Source: Azolla caroliniana
Taxonomy: Eukaryota > Plantae > Polypodiophyta
DNA: 64,000 nt
Direction of reading: 5' to 3'
NCBI GenBank assembly: GCA_043228905.1
Contig: JBHGNT010000009.1
Span: forward strand, 16,058,001 to 16,122,000
The notes under the pieces were generated by a model. The model ran no database searches and was not told where the DNA came from. It saw only the letters and a list, made by a program, of their open reading frames with translations. Within the stretch, counting starts at the first letter, position 1, and each line of letters opens with the position of its first letter. The translations under genes and the position numbers were made by a program. Below are positions 12,915 through 23,481 of this stretch, piece after piece.

Positions 12915-12991
12915 CAATGTATAGTCTAATGGTCAAGAGCTCGACCCATGTAGCATAAGGTCATGGGTTCGAGTCTTGCCATATCATGACA
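12915..12991 (+). ncRNA. tRNA-like Pol III A/B-box cassette at the LTR end (also at ~18109-18185, ~39117-39192, ~44057-44132)
   Basis: A-box TAGTCTAATGG at 12922-12932 and B-box GGTTCGAGTC from 12966, 44 nt apart as in tRNA genes; cloverleaf pairing is poor. Confidence 0.6.
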
Positions 12992-13016
12992 CTATCCCCC
13001 CTTTAAAACGACGAGT

Positions 13017-16000
13017 CTAACGAGTCGTTTTGGATTGAGGACCCGGTTTGTCTGGATATTGATGATGGAAGTCTTCAAGAAGTGCACGAGCATTGGTGAC
13101 ATTCTTTATCGGTTCCCAAGTACGCTCACTGGGACTATATCCTAGCCAATCGACTAGATAGTAGAGCTTGTTGCGAACAATCTTGGAATCAAGGATGGCG
13201 GCAACCTTGTACTCAGGTCCATCTTCAAGCTTGATCGGGGGTGGAGGCTGTGTAATACGTCCTAGGATGGTGCTCTCTTGATAGGGTTCAAGGAGAGAAC
13301 TATGAAACACCGGATGTATCCGAAGTTGTGGAGGTAGATCGAGACGAAAAGCGACATCATTAATCTTTCCTATGATATGGAAAGGACCTAATCGCCGATA
13401 ATCAAACTTCTCGCATGGGCGAGTAGTCTTGATGTGTCGTCGGAGTAGCCATACCCGATCTCCAATGTTAAAACTGGATGGGAGTTGATGACGATCCGCA
13501 TAAACCTTGTGTGTTTGCTGAGCTTGTTGGAGATGAGTAGATAAATCCGCTTGTATCTTGCGTAACCGCTCCAAACGATCCTCCGCGCAAGGATTTGTGG
13601 ACACCTCTGGGGTTTCAAGTACACACCACTGGGGGTGACATCCCATATAAGCATAAAATGGCGTAACTTTAGTCGATGCGTGGATAGAGTTATTATAGGC
13701 AAATTCGGCGAAGTGGAGAATATCTGCCCAATCATCCTGATGATAGCTGAGAAAGCACTGTAGGTACTGCTCCAGCGTTTGATTTGTTCGTTCGGCTTGG
13801 CCGTCGGTTTGTGGGTGGTAGCCGGAGGAGAGGTTACAAGTGATCTTGAGCATTTTAAAAAGGTGCTTCCAGAATTTTGACACGAACTGGGGTCCACGGT
13901 CGCTGACGATAATATCGGGAAGTCCATGATGCCGACATACTTCATGCATGACAATTTCGGCGGTGTCTTCACTGGAGATTTCCTTAGTACATGGCAAAAA
14001 ATGAGCCATCTTCGTATATCGATCTACCACTGTTAGAATCACATTGAACCCCTTAGAGACTGGAAGATCTGTGATGAAGTCTAGAGCAATGGATTGCCAC
14101 GACTTGCTTGGAATTGGTAATGGTTCTAATAAACCATATGGATGATGCCTTGGCATTTTCGCTCTGCAGCATGTGTCACAAATCCGAACAAAATCTTTGA
14201 CAAATTGTCGCATACGGGGCCACCAGAATGATCGTTGTACTAAATCTAATGTTTTAGTACTACCGAAATGCCCAGCTATATATGTGTCATGACAGTTTTG
14301 TACTACTTGAAGGCGGGAAGAACCATTAGGAACATACAAAAGTTCTTTAAAGAAGAGTAATCCATCATGGTATTTGAATTGCCGATAGTTCGTACCTGGT
14401 GGTTGCGGCTGTGAACACGATGCTCGAGAGGGATCAATTTGTGCTAGTATAGCTTGGGCAAAAACATCTGTCTTCAGGTCCGCACGTATGATATCGATAA
14501 CGTGGGAATCCATGGGCATGCGAAAGACCTGTGTTGCTTGCAGTCGTGCCGGTCCCAAGATTACTTGCTTTTGGTTATCGAAAGCTGGCTCGCCGGGACG
14601 CAGTGCTAGGTACGAACGCCGTGATAATGCATCTGCTTTCCCTTGATGTTTCCTGGGTCGATATGTAATCTTGAAGTCGAAACGCGTGAGAAAATGGGCC
14701 CACCGAGCTTGACGTCGATTTAACACACGAGCGTCTTGAAAATAGGCGAGGTTTTTGTGGTCATTGAATATAGTGACTTGATGAGAAGATCCCTCTAGAA
14801 AATGCCTCCATTGCATAAAAGAGTCCACTATAGCCAATAGCTCTTTATCATGAATTTCGTAGTTGATTTCGGCGGCGTCAAACTTGCGTGAGTGAAAAGC
14901 CACAGGATGTAGCTTTTCATTATTACCTCGTTGTGATAGAATGCTTCCTAATGCAAAATCCGATGCGTCCGCTTCAATGATGAATGGTTTTTTTGGATCA
15001 ACGTGAGCTGGAATCGGAGCCGATGTAAATGCCTGTTTAAGATTCTCAAAAGCCATGTCCGCTTCTTCAGACCAAACAAACGATTGTCCCTTCCTAGTAA
15101 GTTGTGTAAGAGGCAAAACGAGCTTTGAGTAATCCTTTATAAACTTCCGATAAAAATTGGCAAAGCCTAGAAAGCATTGCACATCCCGCACCGAACGCAG
15201 AGTCTGCCATTCTACCACCGTTTTGACCTTAGCTGGGTCCATGGAGATGCCTTCTGAGGAAATGACATAGCCGAGAAATTCCACCTGGTTGCACCCGAAA
15301 CTACATTTTTCCAGCTTTGCATAGAGACCATGTTCTTGAAGTCGTTTTAGTACTAACAGTACATGAGAATCATGCTCTTCTTGGATCTTCGAGTAAACCA
15401 GTAGATCATCCAAATAGATGATTAGACACACATCCAAGAGATCTCGGAAAATATCATTTGCCATGTGCTGGAAGACTGCTGGCGCATTAGTGAGGCCGAA
15501 CGGCATGACCGTATACTCGAAGTGCCCATATCTGGTGCGGAACGCGGTCTTCCATTCATCTCCTGGTCGGATCCGTACGAGGTTATAGGCTCCCCGTAAG
15601 TCGATCTTCGTGAAGAACCTGGCACCATTGATCTGTTCTAAAAGACTTGAGATAAGGGGGAGTGCATACCTATTTCGGATTGTAACCTTATTCAAGCCAC
15701 GGTAATCTACAACGAGCCGAAGTGAGCCATCCTTTTTCTTGACGAAGAAAATGGGTGTGACGGTTGGAGATTTCGAATGTCGTATGAAACCATTCTCCAA
15801 ATTCTCCTCTATATAGGCTCGAAGGACTTCCACTTCGGTTGGTGACAAATTGTAGATCGGTCCCCAAGGTGGCTCTTTCCCCGGTTGTAAATCGATGGGG
15901 CAATCATATGGTCGATGGTGAGGAAGCGTATTGGCTTGTACTTTATCAAACACATCGGCATACTGATGATACTTCTCTGGAAGTTGAACGGTGGAATCCT

Positions 16001-16541
16001 CTTTAGTGGTGCTGGAGGGGTTTACTGATATTGCGAAGAGGAACATTTCTTCCTTGCATCCTTCCTCACGCAACTGATGTAGTGAAATCGTTGCAATCTC
16101 ATGAGTAGACCCTCGGGCTTTTCGATGCCGGATTTCCCTTGTCCACCAATCTATGTCTGGGTTATGTAATTCGAACCATGGTAATCCTAAGACAATGGGG
16201 TGTTCTGGGATGCTAATTATATTAAATGATATGACACATGCTAGATTATCTAGGACAACATTAACGGGCTCTGACTCTTCTATGATATTTCCTGAGGCAA
16301 TGGGACGACCATCGACGACTACTACAAGGGCAGGGCACAAGAGTTTTCTGAGAGATATCTGATGAGCTTGGGCAAATTTCCTATCCATGAAGCAAGAATT
16401 AGCTCCGGAATCTAGAAGTGCTAAGACATGTACTGGAGGAGTACTTTTAGTACTATCTGTTACTTGGGCTACGAACACATTGCTAACTTGCTTAGAGGGA
16501 ATGGAACCACTAATGGGATGCACAAATCTAGGGTTGTCCAA
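13017..16541 (-). CDS. Chromovirus pol: protease, RT, RNase H, integrase, chromodomain (uninterrupted, 1174 codons)
   Basis: LLDSGA, YLDD, EADASD, HHCC and DDE integrase, GPF motif, C-terminal chromodomain YKVAAILDSK...YYLVDWLGYSPSERTWEP. No real start codon, so probably expressed by frameshift. Confidence 0.93.
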   Translation of the reverse strand: MDNPRFVHPISGSIPSKQVSNVFVAQVTDSTKSTPPVHVLALLDSGANSCFMDRKFAQAHQISLRKLLCPALVVVVDGRPIASGNIIEESEPVNVVLDNLACVISFNIISIPEHPIVLGLPWFELHNPDIDWWTREIRHRKARGSTHEIATISLHQLREEGCKEEMFLFAISVNPSSTTKEDSTVQLPEKYHQYADVFDKVQANTLPHHRPYDCPIDLQPGKEPPWGPIYNLSPTEVEVLRAYIEENLENGFIRHSKSPTVTPIFFVKKKDGSLRLVVDYRGLNKVTIRNRYALPLISSLLEQINGARFFTKIDLRGAYNLVRIRPGDEWKTAFRTRYGHFEYTVMPFGLTNAPAVFQHMANDIFRDLLDVCLIIYLDDLLVYSKIQEEHDSHVLLVLKRLQEHGLYAKLEKCSFGCNQVEFLGYVISSEGISMDPAKVKTVVEWQTLRSVRDVQCFLGFANFYRKFIKDYSKLVLPLTQLTRKGQSFVWSEEADMAFENLKQAFTSAPIPAHVDPKKPFIIEADASDFALGSILSQRGNNEKLHPVAFHSRKFDAAEINYEIHDKELLAIVDSFMQWRHFLEGSSHQVTIFNDHKNLAYFQDARVLNRRQARWAHFLTRFDFKITYRPRKHQGKADALSRRSYLALRPGEPAFDNQKQVILGPARLQATQVFRMPMDSHVIDIIRADLKTDVFAQAILAQIDPSRASCSQPQPPGTNYRQFKYHDGLLFFKELLYVPNGSSRLQVVQNCHDTYIAGHFGSTKTLDLVQRSFWWPRMRQFVKDFVRICDTCCRAKMPRHHPYGLLEPLPIPSKSWQSIALDFITDLPVSKGFNVILTVVDRYTKMAHFLPCTKEISSEDTAEIVMHEVCRHHGLPDIIVSDRGPQFVSKFWKHLFKMLKITCNLSSGYHPQTDGQAERTNQTLEQYLQCFLSYHQDDWADILHFAEFAYNNSIHASTKVTPFYAYMGCHPQWCVLETPEVSTNPCAEDRLERLRKIQADLSTHLQQAQQTHKVYADRHQLPSSFNIGDRVWLLRRHIKTTRPCEKFDYRRLGPFHIIGKINDVAFRLDLPPQLRIHPVFHSSLLEPYQESTILGRITQPPPPIKLEDGPEYKVAAILDSKIVRNKLYYLVDWLGYSPSERTWEPIKNVTNARALLEDFHHQYPDKPGPQSKTTR

Positions 16542-16552
16542 CCAAACGACTC

Positions 16553-17671
16553 CTATTTTGGCTGGACATCAAATTTGTTCGCTAGATTTGGGCTATTAGT
16601 ACTATTAGGACTATCAGATATCCCTGCTGAAATAGACTCGGGTTTAGTACAATTAGAACTAGCAACTATTTGGTTTACTTGCCTTCTTGGCCTATGGGGA
16701 CAATTTACCGCGATATGCCCTGGTCCACCGCAATAAAGACATAGTCGGTTTGCTCGGCGTCGTTGCTTTTCTTCTTCCGATAGCGGTCCACGACGACGTG
16801 TGGCGTCAATTTCCATCGGAGTTGGAGTACTTGCTGAAGGCGCATTATATGACTCCCTCGGAAAAGGTTTCGCTACCACTGAGTCATAGATAGGCTCTGA
16901 TCCTTCCCTCGGAATCTGGAATTGTCGTTCCGAACGTCGTTCGAAGAGGCGGTTGTCGCATCTCACCACGCGACTAATTGCTTCTGTTAATGACTTTGGC
17001 TCTTCGGGGAAGGTCAAGAGTAAATCCTTGACATCGTTGCGTAAGCCATAACGGAATTGCTCCATCAATGCGTGATCATCCCAAGGGATATCGGCAGCGA
17101 GTAGGCGGAAATCTGCAACATATGCGGAAGCTGGATGATCACCTTGGCGTAATCGCCGGATTTTGTTGATTGCAGTCCTTATGCTGTCAGTATCTCCAAA
17201 ACAGGCCTTAAACTCACTTATAAATTCTTCAAAACTGTTTAATAATGGAGAATCCTTTTCCAACAATGGAGCAAACCATGCTAACGCTGAGCCACTAAGG
17301 AGAGTGCCTACTAGTCCCACTCGTGATGCATCGGTGGGATATCGAGAAGGATGCATTTGTATCACTAAACGTACCTGATTCAAAAACCCTGTAAACTGTG
17401 ATCAGGTCCCATCAAATTTTGCAGGAAGATCGATCTTGGGTTCTTTGTGAATCCCTTGAGTGCTTGATCCTTGTTGTTGTAATGATATGATAGTCGCTTC
17501 GAGTTGTTGTACACGTAGTGTCAGCTCCCCGTGTTGTTGTTTTTCCAGCGCTATTTGTTGAAGATCCCCCAACAAGCGATGATTTTCTTGTTCTAGTGCT
17601 ACAAATTTCTCTTTTAAGCACTGGAGCTCCGAGAAAACAGATTGGTATTCTTGAGCGCTAACAGTTTCCAT
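16553..17671 (-). pseudogene. Chromovirus gag (PEG10/sushi-like capsid plus CCHC knuckle) with one premature stop
   Basis: EPKIDLPAKFDGT*SQF..LNQVRL, knuckle CLYCGGPGHIAVNC; TGA at 17402-17404 (likely from CGA) is in frame with ORF 16553-17383. Confidence 0.9.
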
Positions 17672-17738
17672 TTTACTAGGGAGGATAAGAGGATTAATAA
17701 GAAGATAAAAGGAAAAGGAGGAAAGGAAGATCGATTGA

Positions 17739-17750
17739 AAATCGGTTCAA
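17739..17750 (-). promoter_or_regulatory. Non-tRNA (self-priming) PBS of chromovirus copy A
   Basis: Sense TTGAACCGATTT, 2 nt from the 5' LTR, is the exact complement of sense AAATCGGTTCAA in the LTR at 17957-17968. Confidence 0.8.
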
Positions 17751-17994
17751 ACTGTCAGGAACAGTACTAAGACAGAGAAGGAATTAGTACTAAAAGAAGT
17801 ATTAGTACTAAGAGAGGTGAAGAACTCTCGAGAGAAGGAAAGAGTGAGAGGGAGGGAGGGAGAGAGAGATCGAGAGAGAGAGAGAGAGATGATAAGAAAA
17901 GATATATATTATGTGAAGAGAATGTACAGTAGTAGCTAGGAGGCTTAAGACTGGCGTTGAACCGATTTGGTTCGAAATAATGCCTTGTGCCTCC

Positions 17995-18001
17995 TTTTAT
18001 A
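17995..18001 (-). promoter_or_regulatory. TATA box of the chromovirus 5' LTR
   Basis: TATAAAA starting 33 nt upstream of the predicted self-primer and start site. Confidence 0.75.
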
Positions 18002-20052
18002 GTGTTCTAAGGAATACTCCTGAAGTTTCTAGAATGTTCTAGAGAAATCTGGAATATACATCAATTTTCTATAATAAAACATAAATGAAAATAATATTCT
18101 ACGTATTACAATGTATAGTCTAATGGTCAAGAGCTCGACCCATGTAGCATAAGGTCATAGGTTCGAGTCTTGCCATATCATGACAGTCATCTATGAACGT
18201 CATGAAGTACCGCGATTCAGCATGTGATATCGTGCCCACTTGACATACATCAGTATGCACCAACTCCAGTGGTGCATTACGTCTCATCGGCGGCCTCGAT
18301 TGGAAGTAGGTCCGGTTTTGTTTACCGGTCAGACAATCAGTGCACTTCTCCAAGTGCACGTTCTTCACTGGAATGAGGTTGTCGTCTACAAGCCTCTTCA
18401 TTCCCTTCTCACTCATGTGACACAACCTCTTGTGCCACAGCTCACCGACAGTGTCGGAAGCCACGTTCACTTCTTCCGGGCATAACCGGGCATTCATTAG
18501 GTACAACGTGTTGAACTTCCGGGCCCGAGCCACAATCAGGCTCCCTTTGTTGAACTTCATAACACCGTTCCGGATGCTACCCGTGTAGCCTTCATCATCT
18601 AGCCGACTGGCTAATATTAGGTTCAGACGAACCTCCGGAACGTGTCAGACATCCTTCAGCAGCAGCTTGCATCCGGTAGGTGTTGTCAACCACACGTCTC
18701 CTATGCCGACAATTCGGCATGTACCTTCATTCCCCATCCGAACACAGCCGTGATCACTGCCTGAGTAGGATGAGAAGCATTTCCGGTCCGGGGTAAGGTG
18801 GAACGACGCTCCGAAGTCGACCACCCAGGTCATCTCGTCGCCAGCAAGGTTTAGCTCACTCTCTTCGGTAATGAGCATCAACTCTTCTTCACTTACCGCG
18901 ATTGTCGTCGTTCCATTCCGGTCCGTTCCCCCTGGTCTTTACCGTTCCGGTTCGGTGTCCGCTTCGAATCGGTACCATCGGTTTCCTTGTCTTTTCGGAA
19001 ATGCCGACAGTTCTTCTGGAAGTGTCCCGGCTTGCCGCAATAGAAGCAGGTAGGCCTCCCCCTTGACTTTGACCGTGTCCCCGACTTCTCCCGGTTCTGG
19101 GGACTACGGTTCCGGGTTGTCTTCCGCGTTCCGATTCGGTAATGAGTGCTTTGGAGTCGGAGTTCGTATCCTTGTCTTTCCGATGCGCCTCCTCATCTAG
19201 CAAGCTCGACTTCACTCTTGCTAGGGATAACCGTTTCCCTTCCGGCCCGGCGTTGCCCAAAGTGACAACCAACGTCTCCCAGCTATCTGGGAAGGAACCG
19301 AGCAGGAGTAATGCTAGTACCTCATCGGCGAGAGGTACTTCCAATGATGTTGCCTGGTGGATCAGCCCCTGGAAGGCATTCATGTGCTCCGCCATGCTGG
19401 AGCCATCTTGGTACCGAAGTCTTACTAGCTTCCAAAATACCGAAACCTGATAAACAACATTTTTGTTCTGAAACATAATGTTGATCTTCTCCCAGAGCTC
19501 ATGAGCCTTGCTCTCTTCATTGAAGTTGTTGTATAGACTCATGTCAATGAAGCACTGTATGTACACCGTTGTCTTCATGTGCATCACCTCCCATATCGTG
19601 GCATCGATTTTGTCCGGTCTCTTGTCCCCGAACTGAACCGGCAACCAAAGATCTTTAACCACAAGCATGTCCCTCATCTTCGACTTCCACACTGAATAGT
19701 TGGAGCCGGTGAGCTTAAACATGCCTCCTAACAAATCGTCCATTTTTCTGTATCGTTTTCGCTCTGATACCACTTTGTCGAGAAATACACGGAATAATCT
19801 CCGGCAACAACCGAAGGGAAAATCACTCGATACAATCGAACACAGAAGAAATGGGAATGGAGGTAAGTGCATGAACAAACAAAAGAGAATGCACAAGATA
19901 TTAACGTGGAAAACCCTGAGAGGGAAAAACCACGGGAGTCCACAGACTCCAAACTATCACTATGTAAAGTAATACAATAGGGAGCACAGAGGCAACGACC
20001 TCTTGCTCACAATTTTCACCTCGCGGCGGTTACAACAGAGACACACTCTATG

Positions 20053-20102
<50 letters not shown>

Positions 20103-20449
20103 GCACTGTACTGAGGTTACACCAACAACAACACTCTAAATCTGCCCTAAGTCATATTTATACTAATATGACTTTTCGTACATTTACAAATATAGCCCCA
20201 ATGGACTCTCAGAAACATATTTACGAATATGTGCCTTCATCCGGTGAGCATTCCTCACCGGGCCTGCATCATCTGGCTCTTGCCGGGCACTCGTCATCCG
20301 GTTCTCACCGGGTCTTCCGTTGCCGGGTACTCCTATCCCATCCAGAGGGATTTGTTTCCTAACAGGAATACAATGGAATAAGTACTATTAGTACTTAATC
20401 AACATCTTAGGATCTTAAAGGAATAGTATTGAACCACTTGGACATAGAG

Positions 20450-23400
20450 TGTGACTCGATGGGTACTTTAATGTCCCATGGATGGAGAGGAATAAAGAGG
20501 ATATGATGTGAGAAAATCAATGAGAGGATAAAGGATAGAAAGTGGTTGTCTTAATAGCCTGATGTAATGGCTCACCCTCCTTCAACTATAAAAGGAGGGA
20601 GAGGAGACAGAGGAAGGGATCCGTAGCCGTTTTCACTTTGTCGTGTGTTTGTCGCTTCCGTAGCTTGTGATCTCATCTCTGTTTTATTCTTGTTTTCTTG
20701 TGTGCCCCCCCCAATGTGTGAGCCCATGAGCCCATTGCTCGTTGTTCGGTGCAGCTCCAGAACCGATAATGCGTGCCGAGCCCGTGTGCTTACCGTTAAG
20801 CATTCGGAGTGGATACTTGTCTGGACCGCGCTCCGGTGAAGTTACCTGGAAAATGATCAGCATAATCCCCTTTCCTTACCGACTCCAAAATAGTGCTACG
20901 GCGAGAGATATCCGGACACCGATCCGGTGAACACTTCTTCCCTTACCGGCAGCTTGGTCCAAGACCTCAGTGGTCCCGCCTCGTTCCAACACATCCACGC
21001 GGAAATCCGCGACATATTTGGTGAACCCGACATGAAAGGGGTGGTATAGGAGTTCGACGATGAGAGGAAGCGAACTTGCGGAGGCGATGGCGGTGGCCGT
21101 CGATCGGATAGTCAATGCGCGGGAGAGTGCAGGTGGCCTCGATAGGGCCATAGAGAGGATAGTCGGCATGATAGGCTGATTTAATGGGAAGGACGTGACG
21201 AGCTATCTGGAGGCCTACCAAGCCAAAATGATAATGAGGGATATCTCGAAGGACAGACGGTTGTCCGGATTCCCGCGAGTTGTGACACCTAGCATCCACG
21301 CGGAGGTGCTCGAGATCCAAGCCATTTGCTGGAATTGGTCGGAGTTCAAGGGTCCACTCCTCGAGAGGTTTGGTTTCGACGACGTGCTCCGGTTGTCGAA
21401 ATGGGAGTTCATGGAATGGGTCGAGAGTCTCGGAAAGGGGAGGAATACCACGGTGCTCCTCCAGGAGTTCGACAAATGGTTTGCGCGCCTTTCGGCATTG
21501 GACAGGACCGTGCTTGATACAAGCAAGGTCTTGTTGTTTATCAAATCAGTTGATTTGCTTGATCGGGAAAATGTAGGTCTCTTATTGGAGAAAGATGAAG
21601 GGATCATGGCCAATTGGGCTGTGGTAAAGAGGGTTTGTAGCCGTTTCAACAAAAGGGGTGAATGGAATGACGCGGGGCCGTCGGCGGTAGGCCCGGCTAC
21701 CAGGAAGAAGCCGGTGGAACCGATTCCGACATGGTCGGAAGAAGCACGAAGGTGGCTTGAGTCGGGCGCTTTTCCTACCGATGAGGTTAAGGGCCCATCC
21801 GGGGGCGCAACTCTGGAGGAGTTAACGAAGATGGTGAGAGACCTCCAGATCGCTCCAGCTCGGAGGGAAGGCTGCAACCAATTACGTGATCGGCACCCAC
21901 CAGTAGACCAGAGGTGCATGTGGTGTGATGTTGTCGGCCATTTCAGGAGAGATTGCGTCGACTTCGCCAATGCGCTTAGAAGCAATGTAGTGTACCTATT
22001 GAACGGACGGGTGCATGTGTGCGAGACTTGGAAAACCCTAGAGTTGAACACCGACCGAGAGAGAATGAAAAGATTAATGGAGGAAGCCACGACCCGGAAC
22101 ACCGAGGTTATTCACTACTCGACATCGGCAGGAATCTGCGTAGGCGGAGAGAAGGGCACCGACCCTAGAACAGACATTAGATTCTGGCCACTAATACTTG
22201 AGGTCCTATCCGGAGTGAGGTAAAGGAAGGAAGAGGCGGACCACACAGAGAGGTGGGTCCAGGAGTTCACAGGATGGAACGATCCAGTGGAGGAGAAAAC
22301 CGGCTTTGTAGAAGCTGCATACCAGAACTACAAAGTTCTAGTTGAAGACAAACGGGCCGAAAAAGCCGGAGGGGCTATTCCCTCCAACTGGTACGAGACC
22401 CCAAGCGGTTTTAGGTAAAATGATGGGGGCCATGCCAGCTCACTGGAGAAGGCTAAGATTCCGAGCTTCCGGCTGAGCTCAGAGATAGAGAGATCGAAGG
22501 ACTTGGAGGAACGAATCCTCGACAACTGGGTGGTACTCACTTTGAGAGAGGTGCTTGGGATTGCCAGGAAGGAGTTCCACGATTCTATCGTTGACCTCGT
22601 GAAAAGAAAGTGACTTTCGTCGAAGCCGGAGCTAGAGAAGCCGATCGAGGTAAAAGTGGCCCATATCGATGGAGGAAGAACATACCGGAAATCACTACAT
22701 GAAACTACACTGGGCAAGGGCTATGATGGAGACACTGGTCCGGATCGGTGATGTGCAGGAGTTGGTGGTGACATTGATCGACCACAGATCGGAGATAAAT
22801 CTGATGTCGATGGTCTTCTACAAGAAGGGCCGGTGGCCAATCAACACAAAGCACAGCTCGAAGATACGCGCGGCGACCCGCGTGACAGAAGAGCTTCATG
22901 GAGCATGCCCGAACGTCAAGGTGAGGGTCCGTGACGTGGAGATAGACCAACACTTCTTTGCACAAGAGATGTTATCGCATCCGGTAATTCTCGGCGAGAC
23001 CTACATCATGGCGGCCTAGATCGAGATGAAAGTGTTGGACAATAGTTTAACATACGTGCGCGTGAAAAGCTAGGATGGTCGGCACTCCGTCCAGTTCTTA
23101 AAAGTCCTGCCAAACCACGAGCGAAACCAGGACTCCCTCGGCACCGAGTGTCAGAAGGATTTTTAAAGAGGTCTATCAAGGTGTGGGCCGTGATAGTCTG
23201 GACATCTGGAAAAATCCCCACACTTGTATTATAGATAGGAAATTTTGGTTATTTGAAAACGGATGTTGTACCATACCTGGCATCGGTAGCCGGGAGAAAA
23301 GAAGGATCGAAAAGGGCTTGAAGGCATGTGGGGCCTTGGGCGCCGACAATGAGATCAGTGGTGCTGTGGAGGCGGTCTCGTTCGACGATACTCTCGGAGA

Positions 23401-23480
23401 GATCAAGAAGGTAGTCGAAGAGGATCTAAGTGAAGACCGGATGATTCCGGTCAGTTCGGTCAAAATGTATAAAAGTCATC
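20450..23480 (+). mobile_element. Truncated Ty3/gypsy element (LTR, gag, protease, start of pol)
   Basis: TG start at 20450, TATAAAA near 20587; gag FNGKDVTSYLEAY..., knuckle CMWCDVVGHFRRDC, protease-like LIDHRSEINLM; many stops. LTR 3' end not resolved (~20900). Confidence 0.8.
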
Positions 23481-23481
23481 A

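Larger units (their letters stand above)
12519..18185 (-). mobile_element. Full-length Ty3/gypsy chromovirus (Tcn1/Tf/sushi-like), copy A, inserted in the copia-2 integrase
   Basis: LTRs 12519-12991 and 17753-18185 (about 4 substitutions outside the GA microsatellite), TSD GTCAT, PPT from 12992, no tRNA PBS. Confidence 0.97.
9425..20364 (-). mobile_element. Ty1/copia element (Tork-like), copia-2, degenerate, hosting a nested chromovirus
   Basis: LTRs ~9425-10037 and 19776-20364, PBS-iMet at 19761-19772, PPT 10038-10048; gag ~18889-19743; pol fragments with stops and frameshifts at 10048-12518 and 18186-18881. Confidence 0.95.

Noticed and set aside
12915-12991. Calling the LTR cassette a functional tRNA gene
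   Set aside because: Acceptor and anticodon stems do not pair; only the promoter boxes and their spacing are supported.
20610-20905. Possible self-priming match in the 20450 gypsy (ccgtagc near the start site vs gctacgg near 20895)
   Set aside because: Only 7-8 nt and the LTR end is unresolved, so it could be chance.
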